Source: Klebsormidium nitens (lineage: Eukaryota; Plantae; Klebsormidiophyceae). Taken from it: 64,000 bases of DNA. This document shows, in pieces, positions 38,576 through 51,300 of the stretch (position 1 is its first letter; each line of letters begins with the position of its first letter). The notes beneath the pieces were generated by a model that worked only from the letters and a program-made list of their open reading frames with translations, searched no databases and had not been told where the DNA came from. Where the stretch lies: NCBI GenBank assembly GCA_000708835.1, contig DF237197.1:60496-124495 (forward strand), read 5' to 3'. A program made the translations under genes and the position numbers.

Positions 38576-39636
38576 CTGTAGTATCACAAGAAAACTGGCT
38601 AACTCGTAGGATATGCTGTCAGTGGGACGTTGCATTGTTCTTCTTCGCCGGGTAGGCAATGAAGACCATGTAGTGAGCTGTTTGTAGAGCTTGTTCTTTA
38701 TCGATAGTATTGCAAATCTGTTGTCGAACAGATCGATCACTTCAATCTTGCTCAGTTCAAGCTACAGTAAGCGACAATGTCACAGGCTGCCGAGCCGATA
38801 GTAAAACGCACTTTGTCCCAGAATTATTTGAATCTTGTACCGAGACACAGCCACCCGCGCCTTGTTTTCTCAAAGTGAACGCGCATGCGAGCTCTGCCCT
38901 CTGGTCGTGAACGCGCAATTTTGTGAGCTGCCAAGTGCAATGGGCATGCATGTGGCATCCGATATAAGACAATTGCGACTTGTCTCCAGATGAGAGCTCG
39001 CCGGGGAGATACGAACCCGGCATGTATTGCACATGAGCCATCATGGGCATGGCATGCCCGCGGCGCGAGCAAGCGCACTGCATGGGCCGGCAAGCTCGAT
39101 CATTCGGCGCGCCACACGTATCGAACGCTCTTAGCAATGTGTTCGGCGTCGGAAGTCGTTCGAAAGTGTGCACTTTTCACATGGATGCGACATGCTTTCC
39201 TTGGAGCGTTATAAGGACTGGCCAGCTGCAAGCCAGCTCTTGATATGGCGAATGCCAGCACTGCCGCGCGTCTGCATATCAGCACGAGCTATTTGTATCC
39301 GCGCAATACGTACCTTCAGAATACATCTAGCTTACCGAAAGTATGCCATCTCTACTTCGCAGCGTCCTCCATGCCAATGATGCTTCGGATTGCATTGCCA
39401 GAGTCGATGCATGCATGATTGGGGGGGCATCAATTTCTCCTCACGGAGAGTACCAATTGCCATGCACGGCCGTGGTCGAGAGGGTCTGCATACTGTACCT
39501 TGATCCAGTCGGAGCGCTGACCAAGGAAAGCTCTCAACTTTTCCACAGAAGACTCTTTGAAAGACTCGATGAAGCCCGCGGATCACGTCAGACGCGTATG
39601 CAGAAGCGCTAGCATCAGTACAACTGTGAAGTACGT

Positions 39637-42600
39637 CTAATGAATCTTTTTAGCAAACAAGATGTAGTTGACCCCAGTATCTTCAGCGAGTGACCAGCTT
39701 CGTGTCAGCGGATTGCACACCATTCCCGCCAGCTCTTCTACCTGCAAAAACAAGCAATGAATATGAATCCAACAAACACTGGGTGCAACCCAACTCAAAA
39801 AGAAACCCAGCATAAGCCGCGGCTTCGTCCCTCCGTTCAATGAACATCCGAGTGGCAGCCACCATCAACACGTACTCAACATTCGGATAAAAGCTTGAAA
39901 TCAGCGAGCAGAATAAGGGCCGATCACTATCGACTTTGCGGTACCTACCTCCAAGCCCGCTCTATCCAGCGCCAGCGCGAGTTCCTCGGGAGTAACAAAG
40001 CGCGACCAGTCGTGCGTCCCTCGAGGCACCTGAAGAAACATTACGGTGTTGATCGACCTTGCGAACGAACCGATATTGCAAACCAACCCAAGCCTTCCGG
40101 TAAGGCGAATCTCTGTCCCTCCAAGACTGCCGGATCAGATGCACATACGTATTGTCTATATTATTGCTTTGATGACCAGAGCCTCTACGTGAAGGCCGAT
40201 CTGGCACATGCTTGGTAAGCCTCTGAGGAAGCACACCAGTCGTTTGTAATCTGAATTGAATATTCGTTGCTTCTGTAGGCCGCGGGCTCAGCAGTCACGC
40301 CAGGAACTCTGACCCCCTTCTAAAGCCAGCCAGAAATCCGTTCGGCATCAGCACTGTATGCTGCATAGCGGGAGGCCTATTCACACCGGTACACATGGTT
40401 TTTTTGCAGCAGTACTCGACATTTGCACAGACTATCATGGCCACAAAGCTTCGGCACAACAACTCACCCATCGAAAGAAGCACAACAACTCACCCAGCGA
40501 AGGACGTATTCCGCCGCCCCGATCGCCAAGGCGTACGCACGGGGCGTCCGGTTGATGGTCGACATGAAGACGCCGCCGGCCGTCCGGCACAGCTGTCCGA
40601 GCGAGCGGCAGAAGCCCAGGGGGTCTGCCACGTGTTCAACCACCTCGAGCGCCATAACGGCGTCGAACTGACGACCCTCCGCAACCAGGGCCTCTGCAAA
40701 GAGGAGTTGTTGAGAATCTGACGAACGAACCCGAAGAAGTTTTGTCTCAAAGGCTGCAAGCACACACCAAGGCTGGAGGATAGAGACTGGAAGGGGGGCG
40801 CAGGAACCAACTGATATGGGACTCGATACTATGAATAATAAGGTCAAGCCCGGGGGACGGGTGGGGTTGGCTTAGTGGTTAGGGTGGGTCTGGGTGCGGA
40901 GCGGGTGATCGTTATGTTAGGATCTTCACTTTGTCTTTGCCCGGTGTAATGACCTTAACGCCTATGCAGCATATAATTCATAGAATCAAGACTAATCCAA
41001 ATTGCCCCCGTGGGACCTTCCCCTCTGTGATTGCCTCGCTTCTGAAGCAACGAAAAGACTGTGGGCGGAACTTCGAGGCCCTGATGAAGGCCGCCCTAAG
41101 ATGCGTCAATCACACTTGCGTCTCAAAGTCATTCTCACGTCAACTTGCCCATACAAACACAAAGAGGTCCCAGCTGCTCCTGACGTCGAGAGGACGACCT
41201 TTATGAGGCAAGAAAGCACGCAGAACGCATGAGAAGCGCTTGTCGAATTCTTAACCACAAGAGCTCACAGACTTTCAACCGGTGACTCGTACCTGCTGTG
41301 GTAGCTTCATACTCGGTGTTTGCGATAGCAGGGTCCTTAGCCTGTGAGAAACAAGGACGTGAGCAAGTGTTCAATCCGAGGATGAACGAACCTCTCAAGA
41401 AAGGTCGAGAGGAAGATTGACAGCAAGAGAAAGTCTTGCTGGCCTTAAGGTGTGGGCGAAAACTGTTCCAGATGTCAAACACGTCCCACTTACGTGTTTC
41501 GAAGGTCTAAAGCCAAACATGACTCCTTCTAATGAGACGAGGCTCGAAAGAAGAGACGACAAACGATGACATTGTGATGGTGAAATGCGGAGCCAGAAGA
41601 CGGATCTCGGGCAACGGAAAAACGTTTTTTGGTTGCATAAGCAGTTATTGCAACCCGTCTTGTACCAAGTGGGCTCAGATGTCACCATGACTACCCGCAT
41701 GTCGGTTCTGGAGATAAACGGCCGGATGGAAACTTACTCTCACGCTTGCAAAGCAACCCCGTTCCCTTACGAACTACGCGAGGTCCTGTGGTTCGCACAA
41801 ATCTACGCCCTGGTAGGATTGACGCTGCCAATGAGAGATGGACGGGGGCTTTATACAAACAAGGAAAACATAAGACAGAAGAGGAGACAAGAAGAAAGGA
41901 GTCGCCGAGCGTTGCTCACCGCATGCAGTTTGGCCACCTCGATATTGACAGCTGTCGCGTCCACCCCGGTCACTGTGGCACCCATGCGTGCCAACGGCTG
42001 CGAACTCACAGAGGAAGCAGTGAGAAGCAGTAAGTCGGAAAACAACCGGCTGAATAGGGCCGAGTACCCATCCTAAGCCTCTGCCTTACTTCTGCTTTTT
42101 GCGTCAAAATTGGCATCCGAGCTCGGATCGAAACACGCGTCCCTCAATTCTCGGGTCGCGATGTTGGTTCTCAATCTTTTCCAAGCTACCCCCCCGGAAA
42201 GACTCCTCATTTCCGTTCCGGTCGCTGTTGAGCAGGGACTTCGGTCGGGCGGGAGTATCGATACTTTTTTCGGGGGGCATGTCTATCAACGATCAAGGAA
42301 CCAACGTCGAGGCTAGAGATCGGGAAATCCGCAATTCGATCGAGTCGGGTGCCGAGTTTACGCGAAAAGCAGTAGTGGATGATGCGTAACCAAGGCAAGG
42401 GAGAATTATAGGGAAAATAAGGTAGATTGGCTTATCACATCAACTTGGACTGTGTGCTGTTCTGTATAACAAGGTTGCTGCTACAGGAGATCGACAATAC
42501 TGACACAGGTACGATATTCCCCACCCTCCTGCAACCCAGTCCAGAAATGTCAACGACTTGAAACCCCATACTCTTCCTCACCTCACAGAGCAAGCCTCCC

Positions 42601-43764
42601 CCGCACCCGACGTCGAGGATGGTCAGTCCCTGCAAGGGCGCCGGATTGCGTGCGTCCCTGCCAAAGTGGTGGCATAGGGCGGAGCGGATGAACGCGCAGC
42701 GCACTGGGTTCATCTTGTGCAGCGGGGCAAAGTCACCATGGTAGTCCCACCTGTGGAAAGAGGACGTGGTTGGGAGGTATCCAAGTAGCCCCAAAAAGAG
42801 CGCCGGCAGAAGGCGCGTAAGGAGAAGATGGAGACTTGAAGGACCGAACAGGTGGGCGCACTTGTAAGCTTCGCTCTGCTAAACTAAAGTGTTAACCATA
42901 TGAGGGTATCCAGCTGGCGCCAGCTTGTATGGACAGTTGAAAAGCCAGATCCCAGAGAAACTTTTTAGAAACTGAAAATACGAACTGATTCCTAAGCCAG
43001 ATCCCAGAGAAACGTTTTAGAAACTGAAAATACAGACTGATTCCTGTGAGGATTGGTGTAATACAAAATTATTCTTGTTCTTCAGAGATTGCTAATATTC
43101 AAAGACTACATGTCAATCACAACGCGAGCAATGGGATCCCAGCGCATACCAGCTTGCTGAGGAGAGAGTAGACTGCCAATGATACCAGACACGAGCATGT
43201 ATGAAGTCCGAATTCAAGAAATTGTCCTCCTTGCCAGGAGTCTGCCATAGCCGCAAACTTCGCAACCTCGCCCGCGTCAATTGAGCTCTTGCTCTGACTC
43301 TTCCCGCTCGGTGAAGAAGCCTTTTGCGGCTGGTGACGCTCAGTCCCTTCAGAAGTGCGCCCTGACGTCGATGGGGTCTCCGCTGAGCTCCTCCCACTTT
43401 CGCCCAATTTAAAGTCCTTATGATTCTCAAGGTGGTTGGGTCGAGCCCCCGTGCTAAAGCACAAAGCACCACCATGGTGGAAGCTGCGGGGACTCAATGC
43501 TGTGGGAATAGATATGTCTTCTTGCTTCTTAGACTGGTTTACTTGACATCGCTGGTTTGCATCAGACAGAGGGGTTAAGCAACTTCCAGGATCAGAGACA
43601 GCACAATGTTTCCCTGGTGCTGCGGCACCGCTGTAAGCATGGGCAGCAATTGCCAACACGGCTGATGCGCCAGGTGGCAAGCTCTGGCTGGAACGCTGGG
43701 TCTGCTCTAAGATAGACGAAATGCGCGACACTCTAAAGAGGGAATAAAAGAGCTGTCTCTCCAT
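39637..43764 (-). CDS. COQ3: Ubiquinone biosynthesis O-methyltransferase (mitochondrial)
   Basis: Spliced product: presequence, then [100 protein letters not shown] and VNYI. Confidence 0.95.
42942..43045. repeat. 52-bp near-perfect tandem duplication in COQ3 intron 1
   Basis: aagccagatcccagagaaac(t/g)ttttagaaactgaaaatac..actgattcct occurs twice. Confidence 0.9.
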
Positions 43765-44463
43765 GGCGCTAAACTACACCTCAAAAGTGCGATCCAACAG
43801 CGGGCTCTGTAGCCGATCAATTGAAGCCTTAAGAACACAATCTAGCAAAACTCCAGGTCTAACTAATCCCGATTTGTTCTCAAACTGGCACTTGCATCGA
43901 GCATCAACGCACCACCCGGTTCTGCGGCTGCCTCCCTGATCAAGGCGCGTTGCAAATTGCAATTAAATTGCCCGGACCAAACAGCCTACCTAAGCTTTTA
44001 AGCATGTTTAGGCATGCCGCATGCCGATGCAGCTCTCTCTTCAGCAATGCACTTCGCCAGCGTTGTCCGTCGCGTTGTGCGCTTTGAACGCGACGAGGAG
44101 CTCGCCGTCATTGTGCCTGACGGGCGTGAATATTTCCTGCGGAAAGGTTTGCATGCAAGCCGTTACCAATGACGCGAGACGCCGTTACCTTTTCTGTATC
44201 TCGCTCTAGATCCGAGATCCGAGAGTTTCCAGCAAGCCAAATGAAGTTCGGACTAAAATTTGAGCCTATCACAGGCCGCCACGTCATACCCCCCAGAGCC
44301 CAAAGGTGTGATGTTGTCCGGGAGGGTCGTACCAGGGGTCGAAACCTGAAGTGGGAACCGGGGTACGGACCCAAGTGGTCCCAACCCGATTACCGACTCA
44401 GAGGTAATGCCACTAATTATGTACCTTAAGTAGGTTACTTAGGGAGAAAATTTTCTTCCCCAA

Positions 44464-44680
44464 AAAGTCAATTACAATATTGCATCTTTTTCAGGTATGG
44501 CCTTATATACATACATATTGGCAATTGGATCCGAGGGGGAAAACTCTGTACAAGTATTCTGTTATATTCTCTTCTCCAGAAAGTCAATTACAATATTGCA
44601 TCTTTTTCAGGTATGGCCTTACATACGTACATATCGCCAGATTTGAACTGAAGGGAAAACTCTCTACTACTAATCTGTTA
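44464..44680. repeat. AT-rich ~116-bp tandem repeat (2 copies)
   Basis: The 42-mer aaagtcaattacaatattgcatctttttcaggtatggcctta is identical at 44464 and 44580, followed by diverged tails ending in gggaaaactct. Confidence 0.9.
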
Positions 44681-45389
44681 TAATTCCTTCCCTGGAGAAG
44701 AAAGAAACTATAACAGATTTTAGTATAAACTTTTCGGACCGCGGCCGAGTTTGGTGATATACATGTATCTAAGGATCGCAAACCGGTCACGTATTGTCCA
44801 GCATGGCAGGTATAAGCCGTGACCAGGACGCGAGGATCACCTGTCCAACCCGTTTTTCGTGTCCTCCTGTCGATTCATCCAGTCAATCACAAATATCACA
44901 TATATCGGGTGATATCGTCAAAACATAAGCGGGGACTTGGACACACGATTCACCTGTCCGTCCTGTCCTCCTTGTCGACTCTGCAGTGTTCGTAAATTAT
45001 ATTCGAACAGTCTACATGATAAGTATGGGTCAGATTGAGGTCTGTCCTGTGATCGTGTAGACTTTCTGGATGAAGGGTGCTTGAGCATGAAGGGGATGGA
45101 CCGGACACCAGAACTAACCTTACTGTTCGCCCTGTCTCTCCCCTGTTGTCCTGCTAAGTACTAGTCAAAGAATCCCAGCACCTGTCCTGTCTACGAGTCT
45201 TTTGTCATGCAAGGAGCATCTTCGGGCGCAAGCAATATCGGTGTCTGCGAGATGACTTTTGCACACCAATCATCTTGGTTGGGAACAGGTCGGGAGATCA
45301 GCACTCTCCTCTTCTCTTCACATTCTGCCTTCCCAATGCTGCCTGGCTCGTTTCAGAAGGAGTAGATGATTGAAGGTAGAGACATCAGA

Positions 45390-48300
45390 ATGGATCCCAT
45401 TGAGGAAGTCAAGTCGGAAATAGCAGAGGTCAAGGAACAAGTCAAGGCCGTTTCAGCGGAGATCAAGGAAGCGAAGGAGGGCATCGAGCGCNNNNNNNNN
45501 NNNNNNNNNNNNNNNNNNNNNNNNNNNNNNNNNNNNNNNNNNNNNNNNNNNNNNNNNNNNNNNNNNNNNNNNNNNNNNNNNNNNNNNNNNNNNNNNNNNN
45601 NNNNNNNNNNNNNNNNNNNNNNNNNNNNNNNNNNNNNNNNNNNNNNNNNNNNNNNNNNNNNNNNNNNNNNNNNNNNNNNNNNNNNNNNNNNNNNNNNNNN
45701 NNNNNNNNNNNNNNNNNNNNNNNNNNNNNNNNNNNNNNNNNNNNNNNNNNNNNNNNNNNGCTGTAATTGTGGGAGTTGAAGGTAGCACAAGAATGCAAGA
45801 AGAAACAGAGCAGCATTCATTGAAATTCTCGCTGACCTGTGCAATAGGCTTTCGTGCATGCCTGCGATTGAGCAGAGTGCTGGAGCTTTCTGGTTCGGGT
45901 AGACCGTGATTTGCAGCACCCCAGTCAGAGGTTTTTCCTTCCAGGAGAACATTCGTATGACGGTTGACCTGTGCAATAATATTTAACATGCCTGCAACCT
46001 GGCAGAGTGCTGGAGCTTTCTGGTGAACGGTCCACACCATCTCTCCAGAATGCCGGTGTGTGTTTTTGGAGTATATCTTTCCTGAGAATTTCTATAGATA
46101 ATGAGTGCATGTGACAGAATTGAAGTGATGGTGCTTCAAGCAGGTGCAGCTTTCTTATGGGCGGACGTTCAGCTTTATCAGTTGAATCTCTAGCAAGCCT
46201 TATGCCAGCATCTTTCTGTCGATATAAACTTGGATGCTCACTTGCCTAAGAACCACCGAGAATTGCAACCACAACAATAGCGACAACTGTCATTAGGTTC
46301 CTTCATGGCACAGCTCATTTCGAAGGCAGGGTCCATCTTTGACGACCTTGTATCGGCGCCACTCTGTTTTTGCAAAACTTTTGCTGGAACGACCAGGATT
46401 TCACATGATAGAAGAGGCAGAACAAGGATATGCAGGATAGTTTCAAATCATGCAGAGCAAGATGAGGTACTTGATGGAGCACTGAGATGTGCAAAAGCTT
46501 GACGGTATGTTGCATGCAGCGGCGCCCGCCATTGAGCAATTCGCTCAATATACACACAATCAGCGCTCAGCGAGCCGCAGCCAGGTCACTCTCCCGGCAG
46601 AGGATGTGGAGGAGCTCAAACTCTGGCTACATGATGTGGAGCGCAACGTGCGTATCCCGTTCATTTATGCTGCTTGGATCTGCAAGCCGCAATGCACTCG
46701 TTGAACAGCTGTGGCAAAGCAATCGCAGTTGCGCTTGATCCTGAGGTTGAGGCTTGGTGCTTTGTCATCCCAGCCTTGAAGGAGGGAGGTTTGTCTGTGT
46801 CTCAGCTGCTTCTGAGAAGTTGGTGTCTCTGGCTGTTCAATTATGTCTGGCTGCTTGGCAGAGTGCTTAGCTTGCACCCATCTTCTCTCAACTGCTGCAC
46901 AAAAGCACCAGCTTCGCTGTCCAGCTGCTCCTGGTGCCACACCTGGTCACCTGCCTTTACATTAGCCAATACTGAAAGGAATTCGGTCGCTCGTCTGCTT
47001 TGCTGTAGCATAGTCGTGGGAGTGCGTAGGCTTTGACTGCTTCAATGCAGCTTCTGCTGTTGGTTCTACCACACAACTCATATTTCTTCTGAGCAGTAGG
47101 TCAATTCTCATGGTGCAGCCGAACGTGAAGAAGGCGACAAAGTCTCCCATCGACATGCTCAAGGCACCGGAGCGGGCTGGCACTGTCGCTGTCCGGTATT
47201 GGCGATTTAGGACCGGCGCTGCAACTAACATCTCGCTCGACGAGATTGTGGAGCTGGTGGTGGCACGGCGCAACGATCCGGCGCTAAAACCGCCAAAGGA
47301 GATCCTCTTCCATCGCGGGCTCCTCGCGATCTTTCAGGTAGGCTATAGACAAAGTTCTGTCTATTTCTGTGTCTCTTCTTTCATGAGTCTGCCCGAATCA
47401 ATGCCTTGCTTACGGGGACCTCCTTTCTAAACAAGTTGCAATTGCTGGATACAGCTTCTCCGAGGCAAGCCACTTTTGAATCAATCAATCCAGTTTCATC
47501 CCACTGAGCAACAAGCGGCCTTAGTGATCATAAAGTTGTCCTTTTAGATTTGGCAGGTTGCTCTCAAGAAGCTACTAGCCCTCCTCATCTGCTTCAGAGA
47601 ATCTCCATGCTGATCTAATGTTTGGTGAACTCATTGATCGGTTGTGCCGCATGCTTCCTGTCTATCATGTCTGTTCCAGAATGCTCAATCATGCATTGAA
47701 TTGCTGTAGAATCTGGTTCAGCCAAGCTTTCCTGTGCTGTTGCGGCCCAGTCTCAATGGCAGCTTTTCAACCCTCATTTAAGCAAGCGAGCACTGTGTGA
47801 TCCTGGGGCATGGCTGTACAGGCGGCGGCTTTGGGGCAGACCGACGTCCGCTTCGAAGTGGAAGACTTTGCGCAGGAGAACAAGGCACGAGAGGATGTGC
47901 GGACGTTCGCCACCCTTCGGAGGCCTCCGTCCCCGGTCCAGCGGTCGTGCAACCCGAACGAAAACAAGAGGACGTGGCACTGCTCGAACGTGATCGACCA
48001 GACGGGCATTAGCCAGAACAAGGAGGCGCTTTCAAAGGTACACACTAATACCACATTGTCCAGTCGTGGCTCGTAAATTCTGATTCAATTTGCCTGTCAG
48101 AAATTTTCAATTCCAAGTGCAGCCTTGCAATTTTCAAACTCGTTCCAATGGACCTGCCAAAGCTTCCAATTCGGCGATGATCACAAACCCTTTCAAAAGA
48201 ATACTTAGCCATGGTTGATGCTGCGCAGACACGAATAGGACGTATGGCAAAGTTGCAAATCTTGTGAACAAAGTACCTGACAAGGACTCCCTCCCGTGCG

Positions 48301-51300
48301 CAGGTTTGGAAGTGTATTCGAGTGCACATGCCTGACGAGATGGAGGAGCAGTCGAGTATTGTGGGGACGATCAGCAGCCGCTTTGAGTTGTTATTCTTTG
48401 CGGAGTTCGAGGTCAGGAGGCGGCACGATGGGTCCTTCGAGCTTTCTGCGGTGTACCTGGCCCCGTGCCCCCCCCGCTCCCAGTTGAGCGCGGGAGGTGA
48501 TTGCCTCTGGCTCGTGCCAGACCTGGACGCCAGGCTGCTGGCGCTGGAGTACGTCAAGAAGGACGAGCGCACCCTCGCTGCGGTGCTTCCGCCGGAGCCG
48601 CTGGAGGGCTTCACCGCGGCCGTCAGGCAAGTTTGGGGCCTCAGCCTGGAGCGTAGGTAGTTGCTGAGGTTGCGTTCGAACGTGCACCGCTTTCTTTCAT
48701 TCTTTCAAGGTCTGGTTGAACCAGCTCCGGCATTTATGGAGGTTGAGAGGTTTCTTGAGATTCAGCCAGCTGGGCGCTGAGTTGAAACCAACTGGTCAGT
48801 TGCCTAGCAACCTTTTAGTTGATTGTCTCTTGACATCTCTCGGGAGCACTCCCTGGCTGTTTATCGCATGGGGCGGAGTGGCGCAGTCTGTCATCTGACC
48901 GTAGCAGAAGTCACGGGGGCTGTCCAGAATCTTGTCTTGTTGGAGAGTTAAGCGTCACATCTCTCTTCTTTTCTACCCCAGCTACGCCGACCACATAGCG
49001 GAGACGCACAACATCGCAGTGGCCACGCTTCAGCTGCACCCGGGCACGTTCTCCAACTTCGAGGACGGCGGTTTTTCGACCTCCAGTCAGGCGGACCCGA
49101 TCGACCTCGACGACTCACGGGCGTTCCATGGCCCGAACTCCGTCGTCCTGCGCGTAAGGACATGGCTGCACCCATCTCATGTTTGCTGTCTGTTCTGCCT
49201 TTCGTGTCTCCTTTCCAACGAGTGAAGTCGAGCACGTGGCGCGACGGGCCCTGTGCCAAGCTTGAATCGTGACTGGTGGTCAAATTACCAACTTTGAGGG
49301 TATTAGACGGCCCGGACCCTTGGGCCGCATGTTGTGGTGAAACCAGTTGGAACAAAGATGAAAGTGGGTGGATCATTGCCTTTCTCGATTGGTCCTGGTA
49401 GATCTTCGTTGACGTGACAGGAGAAAGTTATACTCTTGAGGACTCTCCTGGGCTCATATTTCGTGACTTTTCGATTGACGGAAGAGGAAAGAATTTCTCC
49501 CGAAGCAGGTCTGACGGACTACCCTCTGGTTGAGCATGAGCAGTGTCTTCAATCGGCAGATATCCAGAAGGTGGTAGTCTTGCCGGGGGTGGCAGCGGCT
49601 CACCCTTAAAGCAGTATCATGTGGATGAGCATTCATTGTGGTGGCAAATCAGGTCGGGGCCACCGTTTCCTTTCTCAGATATGGCCATTCTAGCGGCATC
49701 AGTTCCGTGAGGCCGGCACTACTCTCTTGTATCCGTGAGGTAGCTTCCAGCTGAAACCTGCTGACATGATCTTGAGGTTACGGGTCCCATTGCAGAGGGC
49801 GCTTCCAACATCGCACCCTTGGCGCGAAACCCGTGTGACAATCATGGATGGCTTCTAGCTGACCTGCACGCCTTTGGTTATGGTTTTGAGCGAATCCCTC
49901 CTTCCTTGGCTGCAACGAATGAAACATACTTTCGTGAGAGTTTGAGGCATTGGACGTAATTCGAGCAGGTCAGAACTGTACGACCCCGTTGCGTCACCCC
50001 TCCAAGGAATCACTTGCCTGTATGTCAACGAAAGGGGCCCTAAGGAATAAGCCTTGTGAAATCACCGGCTAAAGCGGAAGGAGTCTAGCTGCCAACCAGC
50101 TTGACCTCGGTCAGGGACTGACCTGATTGCCGGTACCTTTCAATTGCAGACAATTGAGTAGGTCGCTCTACGTCTTGAGCTGCTACTTGTGAAGTCCAAT
50201 CGTGTCGCATGAGGCTTACATGTTCGCTCAGCTTGCCTCATTCTTTCTTCTCTGTATTGAGAGAGGGTTCTGGCGCAGTCGCGGAGGAATCCGTTTTTGA
50301 TGAAGCGAGTGGCGTCGGAGGCCTGAGGTGGCGTGCGCGTGTCCATAGAAATATTGTTCTTCTGGTGCAGCCACTGGGAGCGAACTACGTGGTCAAGATT
50401 GCCGACCTCGACAAGATCATGAGGGAGGTCGAGCTGCACCGCGCCATCGACACCTGCAACTGCCGCTACCTCCGCAAGGCGCTGCTCGACCTGTCGGGGA
50501 AGGTCGAAGGAGCTGGGCCGGGGCTGGCAGGCATCGTCCTTGAGGGTTTTCTCCACCGAAAAATCAACGCCAACGACTGCGCGGTGGACGGGGGGAAGCT
50601 TGGCATCATGTACTTTGGCCACGTACGCATCAATGCTGACGACATAATGAGGCTTTTAATGTAGCGATTCTGACAATTGTTTCTCTGCATATTGCAGAGC
50701 CGATTGATTGAAAAGACACGAGTGCCTCCGCAAAATCCGTTAGGTTCGCCGCTGCTATCGAAGCTCTTCAAATAAGCAAACGCTTTNNNNNNNNNNNNNN
50801 NNNNNNNNNNNNNNNNNNNNNNNNNNNNNNNNNNNNNNNNNNNNNNNNNNNNNNNNNNNNNNNNNNNNNNNNNNNNNNNNNNNNNNNNNNNNNNNNNNNN
50901 NNNNNNNNNNNNNNNNNNNNNNNNNNNNNNNNNNNNNNNNNNNNNNNNNNNNNNNNNNNNNNNNNNNNNNNNNNNNNNNNNNNNNNNNNNNNNNNNNNNN
51001 NNNNNNNNNNNNNNNNNNNNNNNNNNNNNNNNNNNNNNNNNNNNNNNNNNNNNNNNNNNNNNNNNNNNNNNNNNNNNNNNNNNNNNNNNNNNNNNNNNNN
51101 NNNNNNNNNNNNNNNNNNNNNNNNNNNNNNNNNNNNNNNNNNNNNNNNNNNNNNNNNNNNNNNNNNNNNNNNNNNNNNNNNNNNNNNNNNNNNNNNNNNN
51201 NNNNNNNNNNNNNNNNNNNNNNNNNNNNNNNNNNNNNNNNNNNNNNNNNNNNNNNNNNNNNNNNNNNNNNNNNNNNNNNNNNNNNNNNNNNNNNNNNNNN

